Shown here piece by piece: positions 49,207 to 58,652 of a stretch of 64,000 bases of DNA. This stretch comes from a virus. Every line of letters starts with the position of its first letter. Position 1 is the first letter of the stretch. The notes under the pieces were generated by a model. It had not been told where the DNA came from, did no database searches, and saw only the letters and a program-made list of their open reading frames with translations. Position numbers and translations under genes: made by a program. The stretch lies in the IMG/VR virus record IMGVR_UViG_3300021371_000009, positions 10,443 through 74,442 of that record; one strand, 5' to 3'.

Positions 49207-50303
49207 TAGTAACCCTCTTCAATTCTCTTCTTATGCAATGGTTCAATTTCTCTGAAGTTCATAGTTACTTGAATTTCTGTAGGTTGACCATCTCTATTAG
49301 TAGAAAAAACTCCAGTTGAAGTGTAGTTAGTATTGAATGAAGTTAAATAGCAAGTTGATATTTTGTGCATGAATTGATTATGTCTATTTTGATGCATGAT
49401 AGAAATATCAAATAGTGAAGGATAATCAAAGAACAACCCACTAGGTATCAACTCAGGATGCATATGAAATCTAAATGTTTTAATAATCTCATCAATAGCA
49501 ACTGCTTCTTGTTCAGACCTTGCGGCAAACTCATATGTAAAAGTAAATTCTCTAAAAGACATGCTTTCAAATCTTTGTTCGATATGTGGATTTGAAACTC
49601 TTCTTGTAGAGACTTCCATAACATTCTGCAGGTTCATACCAAACATATCTGGTATTTGAAACAATACTTCTGATGCAAGTCTCGCCGCTTGACCACCCAA
49701 GTTTGCTAAATCAGCATTAGCATTATCACCTGCTCCTGCTCTTGCTAATAGTCCAACAAGAGGACCCATTTTTGCTTCTGTATAATTAGCAGTTGAGTTC
49801 ATCGTCATTGTATTTGGTACTGCAAGTGCAATTGAAGAGTTTAACTTCTTTAAATTTTGTGCGCCGCCAAACGCGCCATCTGTAAACTTACCTAGACTGT
49901 CAGTCACCGCTGATCCAGTTTCACTACTTAGCGCATCATCTACAAGTCCGCCTTCACCTCCAGTAATTGCTTTACCCAATTCGGCGGCATATTCTCCACC
50001 CTTTTCTACAACTCCTCTTACATCAAGTTTGTTTCCTAATATTGCAGATTCCCCTTTCCATGCTCTAGGTTCTCCCGGAGTTCCTTGTAAAGAGGTAAAG
50101 GATGTTGTTTCATCAAAGTATATGTCAAAGATAACATGATTATCAAATTCAGCAGGTGCGTCAATACCCAAATCAATGGGATATGTCAATCCCATTGTAC
50201 CATACTGTCTACCAGTCTTCGCTGGTTCACCTAATCTAGACGAATTTCTGGCAAATCGACCTAGTGCCGAACTGCCAGTAAAATGTGGGTTTAATATCGC
50301 CAT
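49206..50303 (-). CDS. gp48: Baseplate tail-tube cap
   Basis: L.YP.D, I.L..P, NP..E..F....FR.F.F...F..RS..E, F..P..F.I, KI..C.L.....NYT. Confidence 0.88.
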   Translation of the reverse strand: MAILNPHFTGSSALGRFARNSSRLGEPAKTGRQYGTMGLTYPIDLGIDAPAEFDNHVIFDIYFDETTSFTSLQGTPGEPRAWKGESAILGNKLDVRGVVEKGGEYAAELGKAITGGEGGLVDDALSSETGSAVTDSLGKFTDGAFGGAQNLKKLNSSIALAVPNTMTMNSTANYTEAKMGPLVGLLARAGAGDNANADLANLGGQAARLASEVLFQIPDMFGMNLQNVMEVSTRRVSNPHIEQRFESMSFREFTFTYEFAARSEQEAVAIDEIIKTFRFHMHPELIPSGLFFDYPSLFDISIMHQNRHNQFMHKISTCYLTSFNTNYTSTGVFSTNRDGQPTEIQVTMNFREIEPLHKKRIEEGY

Positions 50304-50315
50304 ATGGTTTCTTCC

Positions 50316-50344
50316 TATAAATAGTAATTACGATATTATTTATA
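50316..50344. promoter_or_regulatory. Two face-to-face late promoters serving the divergent gp48 and gp4 operons
   Basis: TATAAATA on + strand (50316-50323) and on - strand (50337-50344). Confidence 0.75.
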
Positions 50345-50357
50345 AGAGTTTTTCGAT

Positions 50358-50792
50358 ATGGCATATAAAGGTAGATACACTCCACAAAATAAAGACAAAT
50401 ACGCAGGTAATCCATCGAATGTGATATATCGCTCTCTTTGGGAACGTAAACTTATGAAATGGTGTGACCTAAATCCTGACGTTATCAAATGGGGAAGTGA
50501 AGAAACTGTGATTCCTTATGTGTCACCTCTTGATAATAAAATACATCGATATTTCGTAGACTTCTATATACAAGTCAGAACAAAAGATGGACTGATTAAA
50601 TCTTATCTAGTAGAAGTAAAACCCAAAAAATACACTAAACCTCCCGAAACTAATCCTAAGAAGAAGTCAAAGTCTTGGTTTTCTGAAGTTAAGAATTGGG
50701 GAGTTAATTCTGCGAAATGGAAAGCGGCAAGTGAATATGCTAAAGATAAGAAATGGGATTTCATAATTCTCACAGAAGACCATTTAAAGTAG
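50358..50792 (+). CDS. gp4: Head completion nuclease (TnsA-like)
   Basis: YKG.Y.P.N..KY.G, YRSLWE, W.SEE..IPY.SP.D...HRYF.DF, EVKP, VN.AKW.AA, LTE. Confidence 0.93.
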   Translation: MAYKGRYTPQNKDKYAGNPSNVIYRSLWERKLMKWCDLNPDVIKWGSEETVIPYVSPLDNKIHRYFVDFYIQVRTKDGLIKSYLVEVKPKKYTKPPETNPKKKSKSWFSEVKNWGVNSAKWKAASEYAKDKKWDFIILTEDHLK

Positions 50793-50805
50793 CATAAATA
50801 CTATT

Positions 50806-51399
50806 ATGGCAGAGATTAAAGTACTAGAAGAAATAAGGAATGCGTCTGGAGACCAAAGACGTTCTGCACAATGGTATCAAGACCAAGTAAAAAGTCTTGT
50901 CGGTACTCGCTATGAACCTACGCAGTTTCAAAGAGAGTATGCAGAAAATATGACAGGCAGAATGTTACCTGGACGTATGTATTTGATAAACTATTCAAAC
51001 CCTATTGGAAAAGGAACTCCAGCATTACCTTACTATGATATGTTTCCTCTTATACTTCCATTTAATGTCGAAAGTAGTTACATTACCGCACTAAACTTTC
51101 ACTATCTACATCCAGTCAATAGAGTTATACTATTAGAGAAACTAAGTAGATTTAAAATAGGTGATACAGATATTCAAACGAGAATTCGTGCAGATTGGGG
51201 TATACTAAGTAACTTTGCTAGATTTAGAGAAGTAAGACCTTCTGTGAAGAGATATAAGAAAAGTCAAATAAAAGGTAGATACTTGTTTATACAACCTGAT
51301 GACTGGACAACAGCGGCAATGTTACCGACAGAGAGTTTTAGGGGTGCAAGTAAGCAACAAGTCTATTTAGACAGTAACAGAAAAATGAGGGCAAGATGA
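50806..51399 (+). CDS. gp2: DNA end protector protein
   Basis: S..WY, G.MY...Y, LPYYD.FPL..P, LNFHYL.P..R, VKRY, W..A..LP...F, V..DS; CATAAATA upstream. Confidence 0.9.
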   Translation: MAEIKVLEEIRNASGDQRRSAQWYQDQVKSLVGTRYEPTQFQREYAENMTGRMLPGRMYLINYSNPIGKGTPALPYYDMFPLILPFNVESSYITALNFHYLHPVNRVILLEKLSRFKIGDTDIQTRIRADWGILSNFARFREVRPSVKRYKKSQIKGRYLFIQPDDWTTAAMLPTESFRGASKQQVYLDSNRKMRAR

Positions 51400-52154
51400 G
51401 TATAGATAATTTTATTGCAGAAGTGCATGGAAGAGACGGAGCAGGACTTGCAAAGTCTAATAGGTATATGGTAGTTATTGATGTGCCTAGAGGTCCATCT
51501 GCTAATAATTTAGGTCGCTCTTCTAGATTTTCAGATATTAGTGCGGGTCAAAATCAATACGGAAGATACTCGCAACTAATAAATGGTCAAAGACTAGTAA
51601 ATCTTTACTGTGAAGCAACATCACTACCATCAATGAACATAGATACTAAATTAAATAAACAGTATGGACCAGGAAGAGAAATTCCTTATGGTCATAGTTA
51701 TACGCCTGTCAACTTTACATTTTATATGGACAGAGAGTATACTGTAAAGAAATTTTTTGATGCGTGGCAGAGAACAATTATTGACCCAGACACATCAAAA
51801 ACTAATTACTACAATGAATATGTGACTTCTGTTCATATTCTAGCACTAGATAATAAAGACAGCATAGATGCAAATGGAACACTAAGAGCAAAATATCAAT
51901 GCACACTGATAGAAGCATATCCAAAAACTGTTGCTGAAATTGCATACAGCGCAAGTAACTCTGAAGTAGCAAGACTTCAAGTATCAATGCAATTCAGAAA
52001 ATGGAAAGAAACTACTGCGGCGACTGGTATTGGTTCACTTGGTTCTAATATTGTCATGAATGATTATGTAACATATAATCCTGTGCAGTCAGTACAAGCA
52101 CGTTCTGATGCGAATTTCGCAAGAATGGAAGCAGACGTTGAAGATTTATGGTAA
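51396..52154 (+). CDS. gp54: Baseplate tail-tube initiator (gp54 / gp19 family)
   Basis: G.AK.NRY.V, C....LP, TFY.D.......FF..WQ, YY.EY, L.EAYP, L.V...FR.W; lies between gp2 and gp26. Confidence 0.75.
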   Translation: MSIDNFIAEVHGRDGAGLAKSNRYMVVIDVPRGPSANNLGRSSRFSDISAGQNQYGRYSQLINGQRLVNLYCEATSLPSMNIDTKLNKQYGPGREIPYGHSYTPVNFTFYMDREYTVKKFFDAWQRTIIDPDTSKTNYYNEYVTSVHILALDNKDSIDANGTLRAKYQCTLIEAYPKTVAEIAYSASNSEVARLQVSMQFRKWKETTAATGIGSLGSNIVMNDYVTYNPVQSVQARSDANFARMEADVEDLW

Positions 52155-52193
52155 TTAAATATTAACTAACGATTAAACTATGGAGAAAACAAT

Positions 52194-52898
52194 ATGGCAC
52201 TACCAAGACTTGATGCACCACAATATGACTTGACATTATATAATGGTGAGAATATTAAGTTCAGACCTTTTCTGGTCAAAGAACAAAAACTTCTTCTATT
52301 GGCAGTAGAAGAGCAAGAACAAAAACATGTTATGAATGCTATGAAGCAAATCATTTCAAATTGCATCTTCGACCAAGTAGATGTAAATACATTACCTATA
52401 TTCGAAATCGAGAATATATTCTTACGATTGAGAGAAAAATCTGTAGGTGAGCAAATTGATTTGAGATTAGTATGTACTGATGAAGAGTGTAAAGGACAAA
52501 CACCCTATACATTGGACTTGACACAAATTAAATATGATATGGATAGTATTCCTAGTAGAACAATTAAGATTAGTGAAAATGTTAATCTTAATATGAGATT
52601 TCCAACAATGTCAAATTTAGAAGATGTAACTAATTTAGAAAATGTAGAAGATAACTTCAAATTTCTTGCGAGTTGTATTGAAAGCATTGAAGCAGATGGA
52701 AATATCTATGATGTAGATACAACACCGAAAGAAGAAATTCAAGCATTCATCGAAAGTATGACAACATCACAATTTAATATGCTAAAGAATTTCTTTACAA
52801 CTTTACCAAGATTATCGAAAGACCTTGATTATACATGCAGTAAGTGTGGAAAGGAACAAAAAAGAGTAATTAGTGGAATACAAAGTTTTTTAGCGTAG
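52194..52898 (+). CDS. gp26: Baseplate hub assembly chaperone
   Basis: MALP....P.Y.L, KFRPFLVKEQK.LL.A, F.IE..FL.LR.KSVGE, CxxC near C-terminus, G.QSF. Confidence 0.93.
   Translation: MALPRLDAPQYDLTLYNGENIKFRPFLVKEQKLLLLAVEEQEQKHVMNAMKQIISNCIFDQVDVNTLPIFEIENIFLRLREKSVGEQIDLRLVCTDEECKGQTPYTLDLTQIKYDMDSIPSRTIKISENVNLNMRFPTMSNLEDVTNLENVEDNFKFLASCIESIEADGNIYDVDTTPKEEIQAFIESMTTSQFNMLKNFFTTLPRLSKDLDYTCSKCGKEQKRVISGIQSFLA
52886..52892 (+). other. Predicted -1 ribosomal frameshift slippery site (U UUU UUA) joining gp26 to gp51
   Basis: Heptamer in X XXY YYZ phase, one codon before the gp26 stop; the -1 frame is open into gp51. Confidence 0.65.
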
Positions 52899-52927
52899 GC
52901 CTCTCGCATGATGATTTAGTAAATCAC

Positions 52928-53074
52928 ATGAGAACTAATTTTGCACTAATGCAACATCATAAATACTCATTAACAGAACTTGAAAATATGATGCCATGGG
53001 AGAGGGAAATTTATATAACTCTGTTGACCCAATTTATTGAAGAAGAAAATGAAAAAGCAAAACAACGGAGATAA
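52928..53074 (+). CDS. gp51: Baseplate hub assembly catalyst (48 aa from first ATG; frame open from 52874)
   Basis: Below ORF-track cutoff; MRTNFALMQHHKYSLTELENMMPWEREIYITLLTQFIEEENEKAKQRR. Confidence 0.9.
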   Translation: MRTNFALMQHHKYSLTELENMMPWEREIYITLLTQFIEEENEKAKQRR

Positions 53075-53077
53075 TAA

Positions 53078-53410
53078 ATGGGAGAAGATATTAAAGAAGC
53101 AGGTTACCATCCAGCAGATGTAAATGGTGATGGTAAAGTCACACCTGATGAAAAGCAAATGTATCTAGAGTTCAAAAGAAAAGAACTGGAGGATGCTGAC
53201 GCAAGAAGAGATGCAATGAGACAGATGACATGGTTTGCGTTGTTGGGTATGTTATTCTATCCAGCAGGCATTTTGATTACATCATTACTAGGACAAGATA
53301 AAGCGGCGACACTAATTGCAGATATCGCACCGACTTATTTTGTCGCAATCTCAGCATTGGTTGCCGCCTACTTTGGAGCAAATGCATATGCTGATAAGAA
53401 AAGCAAATAG
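53078..53410 (+). CDS. Small membrane protein with EF-hand-like loop; possible holin
   Basis: DVNGDGKVTPDE loop, two hydrophobic helices, AYFG, basic C-terminus. Confidence 0.55.
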   Translation: MGEDIKEAGYHPADVNGDGKVTPDEKQMYLEFKRKELEDADARRDAMRQMTWFALLGMLFYPAGILITSLLGQDKAATLIADIAPTYFVAISALVAAYFGANAYADKKSK

Positions 53411-53418
53411 GTAATTAA

Positions 53419-55542
53419 ATGGCAGACAAAAAAGACACCATTGGCGGATTGAGTGATGCGGTAGAAACTCTGAATAAAGATAATGCCACATCTGGTATAG
53501 AAAGTAATCAAATACTAGGTAATATCGAAAGTGGTATTCAAGATTTATATGCCGTCAATTCACAAATGCTTGAAGCGATGTCTGCCATACAAGCATCACT
53601 AGCACCTGATGCATTCGGTTCCGCACAATCAACAGAAACATCTAGAGAAGGAGATGGTGCACCTATTATAGGTGGACCAGCAGAACAATCTGTTGTTACT
53701 CCTACTGAAGGTAAAAAAGGCATGGGCATGATGGGTATGCTCGGTGTTGCCGCCGCTGGTGCGGCCGCTGGTCTTGTTGCCGCTTTTGCAGGATTCTTAG
53801 ATTTCGATGCACAAAAAGTAAAAGATAAAGTTCTCATTCTTACAAGTATTGCAGATGAAGTTGATGGCGCCGATACTGCAGAGACAGTTGCAACTCTCGC
53901 ATCATTAGGTGTAGGTCTTGCCGCATTTGGAATTGGTTCTATTGCTAATGGTATAGGTCAATCATTTATGAAAGATAATTGGGCGGAAAGCATTCTAGAA
54001 AGTGTTACCTCCCTTGTAAAAATTGGTGACTTATCTTTTCTTAAAGCAGTTGAGGCGGCGGCATCTTTAACCACAGTTGGTGTAGGTCTTGCCGCATTTG
54101 GACTTGGTTCTGGCGTTGGCGCACTTGGTGCAGGTCTTGCGGAAGGAATGCTAAAAGAAGGGTGGGCGGACAAAATATATGATAGTGTCGCAAAACTTAT
54201 ATCGATTGGTGATTTATCTTTTCTAGGAGCAGTTGAAGCGGCAGGTTCATTAACTACACTTGGCGCAGGTCTTGCGGTGTTTGGGGTTGGTTCTGCAGTC
54301 GGTGGAGCAGGTCAAGCAATCGCTGACACTATGAGTGATGCCAATTGGGCACAGCGCATTTATGATAGTGTAGAAACTCTTATTGGTATTGGTGATTTAA
54401 GTTTCTTCGCCGCTGTTGAAGCGGCAGGTTCATTGACTACACTCGGTGCTGGTCTGGCAGTATTTGGTGTTGGTTCTGCAGTTGCTTCGCTTGCTAAACC
54501 TGGTTTTGCAGATGGTATTGTTGAAAGTGTAGAAACACTTACAAGTGTGAAAGATAAAATAACCGCAGAAGAAGCAGAAACATTTAGTGACACAATGGGT
54601 AGTTTGTCGGCAGGACTTCTAAAGTTCTCTGGTGGTAACTTCTTAGCATCAATTATGGATGCTGGTGCCGCACTGATGGGTTTTCTAAGTGGTAATGAAA
54701 GTCCTATTGAGCAAATGATAATCATTGCAGATAAATCTGAAGAATTGAATAAAGGTGCAGATGCAATTGATAGAGTTAGACTTGCTCTTAGTAAATTATC
54801 TGATATTAGTTTTGATGGTGCGGGATTTAATATAAAAGAATTGACTGATGATTTGATGAACTCAATACCTGCACTTGAACTTGCAATTCAAGGCGGAACA
54901 GTTGGAGAAGGTTTCTTCAGTTCAGGAACAGAAATTAAAGGTCTAGCATCTCCAGACATTGATTATGAAGCGGCAGTAGCAAGAATTCAATCTCTTCGTG
55001 AAGCATTGGGTGGTGCAAGTGCTAGTGTAAGTAGTAGTGTAGCACAGACTGCTGTTCCTGCTGATACAGGCGCAGGCATTACAGGAAGCACAGATACAAC
55101 GATTGTAGATACAGGCGATTTAACATTACCATACAATTCTAGAGAAAAGAAGTTAAGAGCAAAACAACTTGCAAAGGCATTGGGTATGGGTACTGCAAGG
55201 ACTGCAACATTTGAAGCAGGTATCCCCACAACAGTTGATGGTGTTGAAGTTCCTACATATCTCTACACTAATGATGAAATTGATAGAATTAATGGTGCTA
55301 GAACTATGAGAGCAGAGATGAACAATACCTCTGCTAATCTCATTCCAACTAGACAATCAGGACAAGACTTGCAACAAGCACAAGCAGAAGCAAATGCTAA
55401 TTCTGGTTCGTCTCAAGCACCTACTGTCATTCAGTCAAACGTATCACCAAGCACTGTGAATAACCAGAGTACAACAAATCTTGCTTCTCGTACTCAGCAT
55501 CACACTTCTGCTAAAAATGAATTGATGCTCGGCGCCTTCTAA
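53419..55542 (+). CDS. Tail tape-measure / baseplate hub protein (gp29-like)
   Basis: 707 aa, Ala/Gly-rich helical with 61-aa repeats; follows gp26-gp51; Ser/Asn/Thr-rich tail. Confidence 0.75.
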   Translation: MADKKDTIGGLSDAVETLNKDNATSGIESNQILGNIESGIQDLYAVNSQMLEAMSAIQASLAPDAFGSAQSTETSREGDGAPIIGGPAEQSVVTPTEGKKGMGMMGMLGVAAAGAAAGLVAAFAGFLDFDAQKVKDKVLILTSIADEVDGADTAETVATLASLGVGLAAFGIGSIANGIGQSFMKDNWAESILESVTSLVKIGDLSFLKAVEAAASLTTVGVGLAAFGLGSGVGALGAGLAEGMLKEGWADKIYDSVAKLISIGDLSFLGAVEAAGSLTTLGAGLAVFGVGSAVGGAGQAIADTMSDANWAQRIYDSVETLIGIGDLSFFAAVEAAGSLTTLGAGLAVFGVGSAVASLAKPGFADGIVESVETLTSVKDKITAEEAETFSDTMGSLSAGLLKFSGGNFLASIMDAGAALMGFLSGNESPIEQMIIIADKSEELNKGADAIDRVRLALSKLSDISFDGAGFNIKELTDDLMNSIPALELAIQGGTVGEGFFSSGTEIKGLASPDIDYEAAVARIQSLREALGGASASVSSSVAQTAVPADTGAGITGSTDTTIVDTGDLTLPYNSREKKLRAKQLAKALGMGTARTATFEAGIPTTVDGVEVPTYLYTNDEIDRINGARTMRAEMNNTSANLIPTRQSGQDLQQAQAEANANSGSSQAPTVIQSNVSPSTVNNQSTTNLASRTQHHTSAKNELMLGAF
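53980..54480 (+). repeat. 183-bp (61-aa) tandem repeat, about 3 copies, in the tape-measure gene
   Basis: GDLSF codons begin at 54025, 54208 and 54391. Confidence 0.9.
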
Positions 55543-55772
55543 TGATACACGCTTTCATGTTGATGGTTGTTATCGGAACAGGAGAGTTTAGACAAGTTCA
55601 ACCAGACCCTATGTATTTTAGAAGCATATCCACTTGTCTTTGGTATGCAAAAAGAATCCCACAACAGTTTGGTAATTACTCATACGGTGCTTATGTGGAC
55701 CCTAAAGATAGGGTTACTGCTTACTGTAAACCTGTCAAAATTCAAGACGGTGTACATATCTACGACCATTAA
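55542..55772 (+). CDS. Hypothetical protein
   Basis: 76 aa; hydrophobic N-terminus, two Cys; start overlaps the upstream stop (TAATG). Confidence 0.6.
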   Translation: MIHAFMLMVVIGTGEFRQVQPDPMYFRSISTCLWYAKRIPQQFGNYSYGAYVDPKDRVTAYCKPVKIQDGVHIYDH

Positions 55773-56215
55773 TTCATTTTGATATAATAATATGCAAACC
55801 CAATGCCAACGATAGAACCTATGATTAGCACTCCCGCGATTGCCATTTCAAAATATTCATACATCTTTTGTTCTCGCTGTGCCTTTATTCGCAATGCTTC
55901 TTTCTTTTGTTCTTCTCTTCTTCGTGCCGCTTCTGCTTGAAACTTGATCCAATCTTGCCACATACCAGCGCGTCCCGTATAAATCATAAGTTCGCGCAAC
56001 TCATCTTCTTGTGCCTTAATTTGTTCAAGTGCCATAAATTCTTCAAGGTCCGACTTATCAGACTTTGAACTCTTATTTACTTCAATCTGTAATTTACTTT
56101 TGGCGTCAAAATAATTTAGAAGTCCCTCACCCATCTGATGAAGTTCTCTACCTTCTTGGACAAATTCTTTGACGGTTTTAAATGCCGCTGTGGCAATTGC
56201 TAATTCTGCAAGCAT
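55769..56215 (-). CDS. Hypothetical coiled-coil protein with C-terminal TM helix
   Basis: 148 aa; GAGG SD; late promoter at 56294-56301. Confidence 0.7.
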   Translation of the reverse strand: MLAELAIATAAFKTVKEFVQEGRELHQMGEGLLNYFDAKSKLQIEVNKSSKSDKSDLEEFMALEQIKAQEDELRELMIYTGRAGMWQDWIKFQAEAARRREEQKKEALRIKAQREQKMYEYFEMAIAGVLIIGSIVGIGFAYYYIKMN

Positions 56216-56301
56216 ATTGATTCCTCATTTGCTAAAAAAGAAGAATATAAATCAATTGTTGCTATTTAATGATATGTGTCACTCTCTCAATAATATTTAT
56301 A

Positions 56302-56334
56302 AAAGAAAAAGGGTTACCATTGCTGATAACCCTT
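56302..56334 (-). terminator. Intrinsic terminator downstream of gp32
   Basis: Minus strand AAGGGTTATCA-GCAA-TGGTAACCCTT followed by a T-run. Confidence 0.75.
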
Positions 56335-56441
56335 ACTTTCACTGTTAATTTTTTATGAAGTACCTACAGCAAGCGCATGTAGACCAAACTAGTATAAGGC
56401 GCATACATCATAAAGGAATAACTTCCAGTTCTCCTATGTGT

Positions 56442-57362
56442 TTAATCTTCAGATGCTAACTTGCTGAAGTATGACATTGCTTCATCATCTTCATCATCAT
56501 CAACATTAGAAGTTGTTGCAACTTGTGGTGTAGATTTCTCTTCTGCCACCCAAGGTGCGCTTTCTTCTGCAACAGGTGCTGGCGCACTTGGTGCAAAAGT
56601 CTCTGGTGCTGAATTCAAGTTCAGTACCAAATCTAGTTTTGCTTTCAATTCATCATATGATTTGAAGTTAGAAGGTGCAACAAACTCTTGCAGTTTGTGC
56701 TGAGACTTCCATAGACTTTCAATCTTCTCATCATTACCTTCAAACAAAGGTGATGCACCATCAAACTCAGATTTATCGTAATTAGTAAAACCTTCTACTT
56801 TACGAATTTTGAGTTTGAAGTTACAACCTGCCCAAGGATCAAATGGGTTGACAGGTGTTTCATCTTCGAACTGTGGTTTCATGTGATCCATAATCTTATC
56901 AAAGATTTTTTTACCAAACTTAAACAGTTTGACTTGACCTTCATTCTCAGGATGCTTTGGGTCAGAGACTACTAAGACATTAGCGATATACGAAAGTCTA
57001 CGCTTCTGCTTTCGTGCAATATCTTTGTTTGCTTCAGTGCCAGAGTTCCACAGAATAGAGTTATACTCTGCTACAGGGTCTTTCTGATTGAGGGTAGTGA
57101 GTGAGTTTTCAATATACCACTTACCAGTAGGACCTTGAAACCCGTGATTGAAAACACGAACCCAAGGAAGTTCTTCGCCTTCACTTTGAGGAAGAAAACG
57201 AATTACAGCATAACCATTACCAGACTTATCAAGTTCTGGACGCCAGAAGCGTTCATCTTGATTGCTGTTGTTTGACTGTTGGGGTTTGTTTACTTTATCT
57301 ACTTCTGAAAGTAGGCGGGATAGGTTGTCGTTAGACTTTTTTAGTTGTGCAAAATTTGTCAT
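56442..57362 (-). CDS. gp32: Single-stranded DNA-binding protein
   Basis: D.RFW.P..DK.GNG.AVIRFLP, HGFQGP.G.WYIEN, FGKKIFDKI, NFKLKIRKV.G..NYD.SEF, acidic tail. Confidence 0.98.
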   Translation of the reverse strand: MTNFAQLKKSNDNLSRLLSEVDKVNKPQQSNNSNQDERFWRPELDKSGNGYAVIRFLPQSEGEELPWVRVFNHGFQGPTGKWYIENSLTTLNQKDPVAEYNSILWNSGTEANKDIARKQKRRLSYIANVLVVSDPKHPENEGQVKLFKFGKKIFDKIMDHMKPQFEDETPVNPFDPWAGCNFKLKIRKVEGFTNYDKSEFDGASPLFEGNDEKIESLWKSQHKLQEFVAPSNFKSYDELKAKLDLVLNLNSAPETFAPSAPAPVAEESAPWVAEEKSTPQVATTSNVDDDEDDEAMSYFSKLASED

Positions 57363-57423
57363 TTGTATTACCTCGTATGTACGTTATATTGCGTTGTATA
57401 AGTTTATCTTATCCACATATTCA

Positions 57424-58059
57424 TCATATGCTACTATTTATACGACTTTCATCATATTTCTGTTGCTTACTATACACTATTGCCTTGTATTTGTCAACAT
57501 CAAAATCAAGAAAAGGTCGGTATTTAATTAACTTTCGCCGTTCTTCTTTCCAAAAGAAATCATCACCGAGCGTCTTATCCCAATATGCCAAATAGTTGTT
57601 AATAGCATCTAGTATCAACATCGTTTCGATTGTTACATCTCCACGACTATACATTTGTAGTAGAAGAGGATGTTGCTCATCTTTAACTACAAAGCATTTG
57701 TCGAACTTATTGATATTCTCTTCATCAAGTTCTGAACAAATCTCATCAAGGTCATCATGCAAGTTTTTAGTTAAACTCTGTAAGCGACCTTTCCATTTAT
57801 TATATACTTGTAATGCTTCTTCATAAATGAAAGCACCACCCCATCGATTACCATCAACATGATTAGCAATTAAAAACTTAGGTAGTTCATCTTCACTAAA
57901 CTCTTCTGCAAGTTTCTTAAAGTTAAACTGGTCAGACCTTTTATAAAAAGTTTCATCTTTTGTCTTGACTGCACCTCTAGTCTTTGTTATATCATATCTA
58001 TCTGTTGTGAAGTGTAACTTAAAAGCAAGATACACATTGAAAGCATCGAATTCATTCAT
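57424..58059 (-). CDS. gp59: Helicase loader
   Basis: YLA.KLHFT...YD..K..G, F..R.D...F.KL, HP.LL..Y....IET..IL, KY.PFL. Confidence 0.88.
   Translation of the reverse strand: MNEFDAFNVYLAFKLHFTTDRYDITKTRGAVKTKDETFYKRSDQFNFKKLAEEFSEDELPKFLIANHVDGNRWGGAFIYEEALQVYNKWKGRLQSLTKNLHDDLDEICSELDEENINKFDKCFVVKDEQHPLLLQMYSRGDVTIETMLILDAINNYLAYWDKTLGDDFFWKEERRKLIKYRPFLDFDVDKYKAIVYSKQQKYDESRINSSI
57435..57497 (-). promoter_or_regulatory. Tandem sigma70 and late promoters for gp32 inside the 3' end of gp59
   Basis: TTGACA (57497-57492), 17 nt, TATAGT; TATAAATA at 57435-57442. Confidence 0.65.
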
Positions 58060-58652
58060 CTGTAAGGTTTGCCGCATATCCATCCTACTAAACTATATCT
58101 CTTACCTTTTGTGACTGGTCGAACTCTATGATAAGTAAATGATGGAAAAACAATTGCTTCTCCTGTCTTTACTTGACACAATTCAGTTCTATTCTCTTCA
58201 TGTGGTAGTCCTAATTCAAATTCAAACTCACCACCTTCATAATCATGATTGAGTAGCACAGAGAAACTAATCTTTCTTATCTTACCTTGTAGATACTTGT
58301 CAGCATCAGTATACGGCACACTTCTCTGGTCGGCGTGCCAATTATAATGTTGTTCAGGACCATACGTTGTAAATTGTAAATCTTCGATTGCATCATAATC
58401 AAAGTTCCAATTGTTATTTGCATTCTCCAGATATATCATTTTAAGTAAAGGTTTGTAAATGAATTCAGTATCAGGATTTCTTTTGAACCAAGATATAGAA
58501 CTATTTCGATGTCCTTGTATTGCCGCTTCAGTTCCATCTATCTTAGCATCTTCTAAATTCAATTCGCCCATCTGAATAATTTTATCAACTTCAGGCAAAG
58601 TAAAAACAGGTTTTGTGGTTGAATAACAATATTTTAAAATCATATCATACAC
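58056..58652 (-). CDS. 2OG-Fe(II) oxygenase (PKHD / prolyl-hydroxylase type)
   Basis: Y.WHAD, RKIS.S.LL...YEGG.F, G..IVFPS..YHRV.PVT.G.RYSLV.W. Confidence 0.92.
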   Translation of the reverse strand: MYDMILKYCYSTTKPVFTLPEVDKIIQMGELNLEDAKIDGTEAAIQGHRNSSISWFKRNPDTEFIYKPLLKMIYLENANNNWNFDYDAIEDLQFTTYGPEQHYNWHADQRSVPYTDADKYLQGKIRKISFSVLLNHDYEGGEFEFELGLPHEENRTELCQVKTGEAIVFPSFTYHRVRPVTKGKRYSLVGWICGKPYR

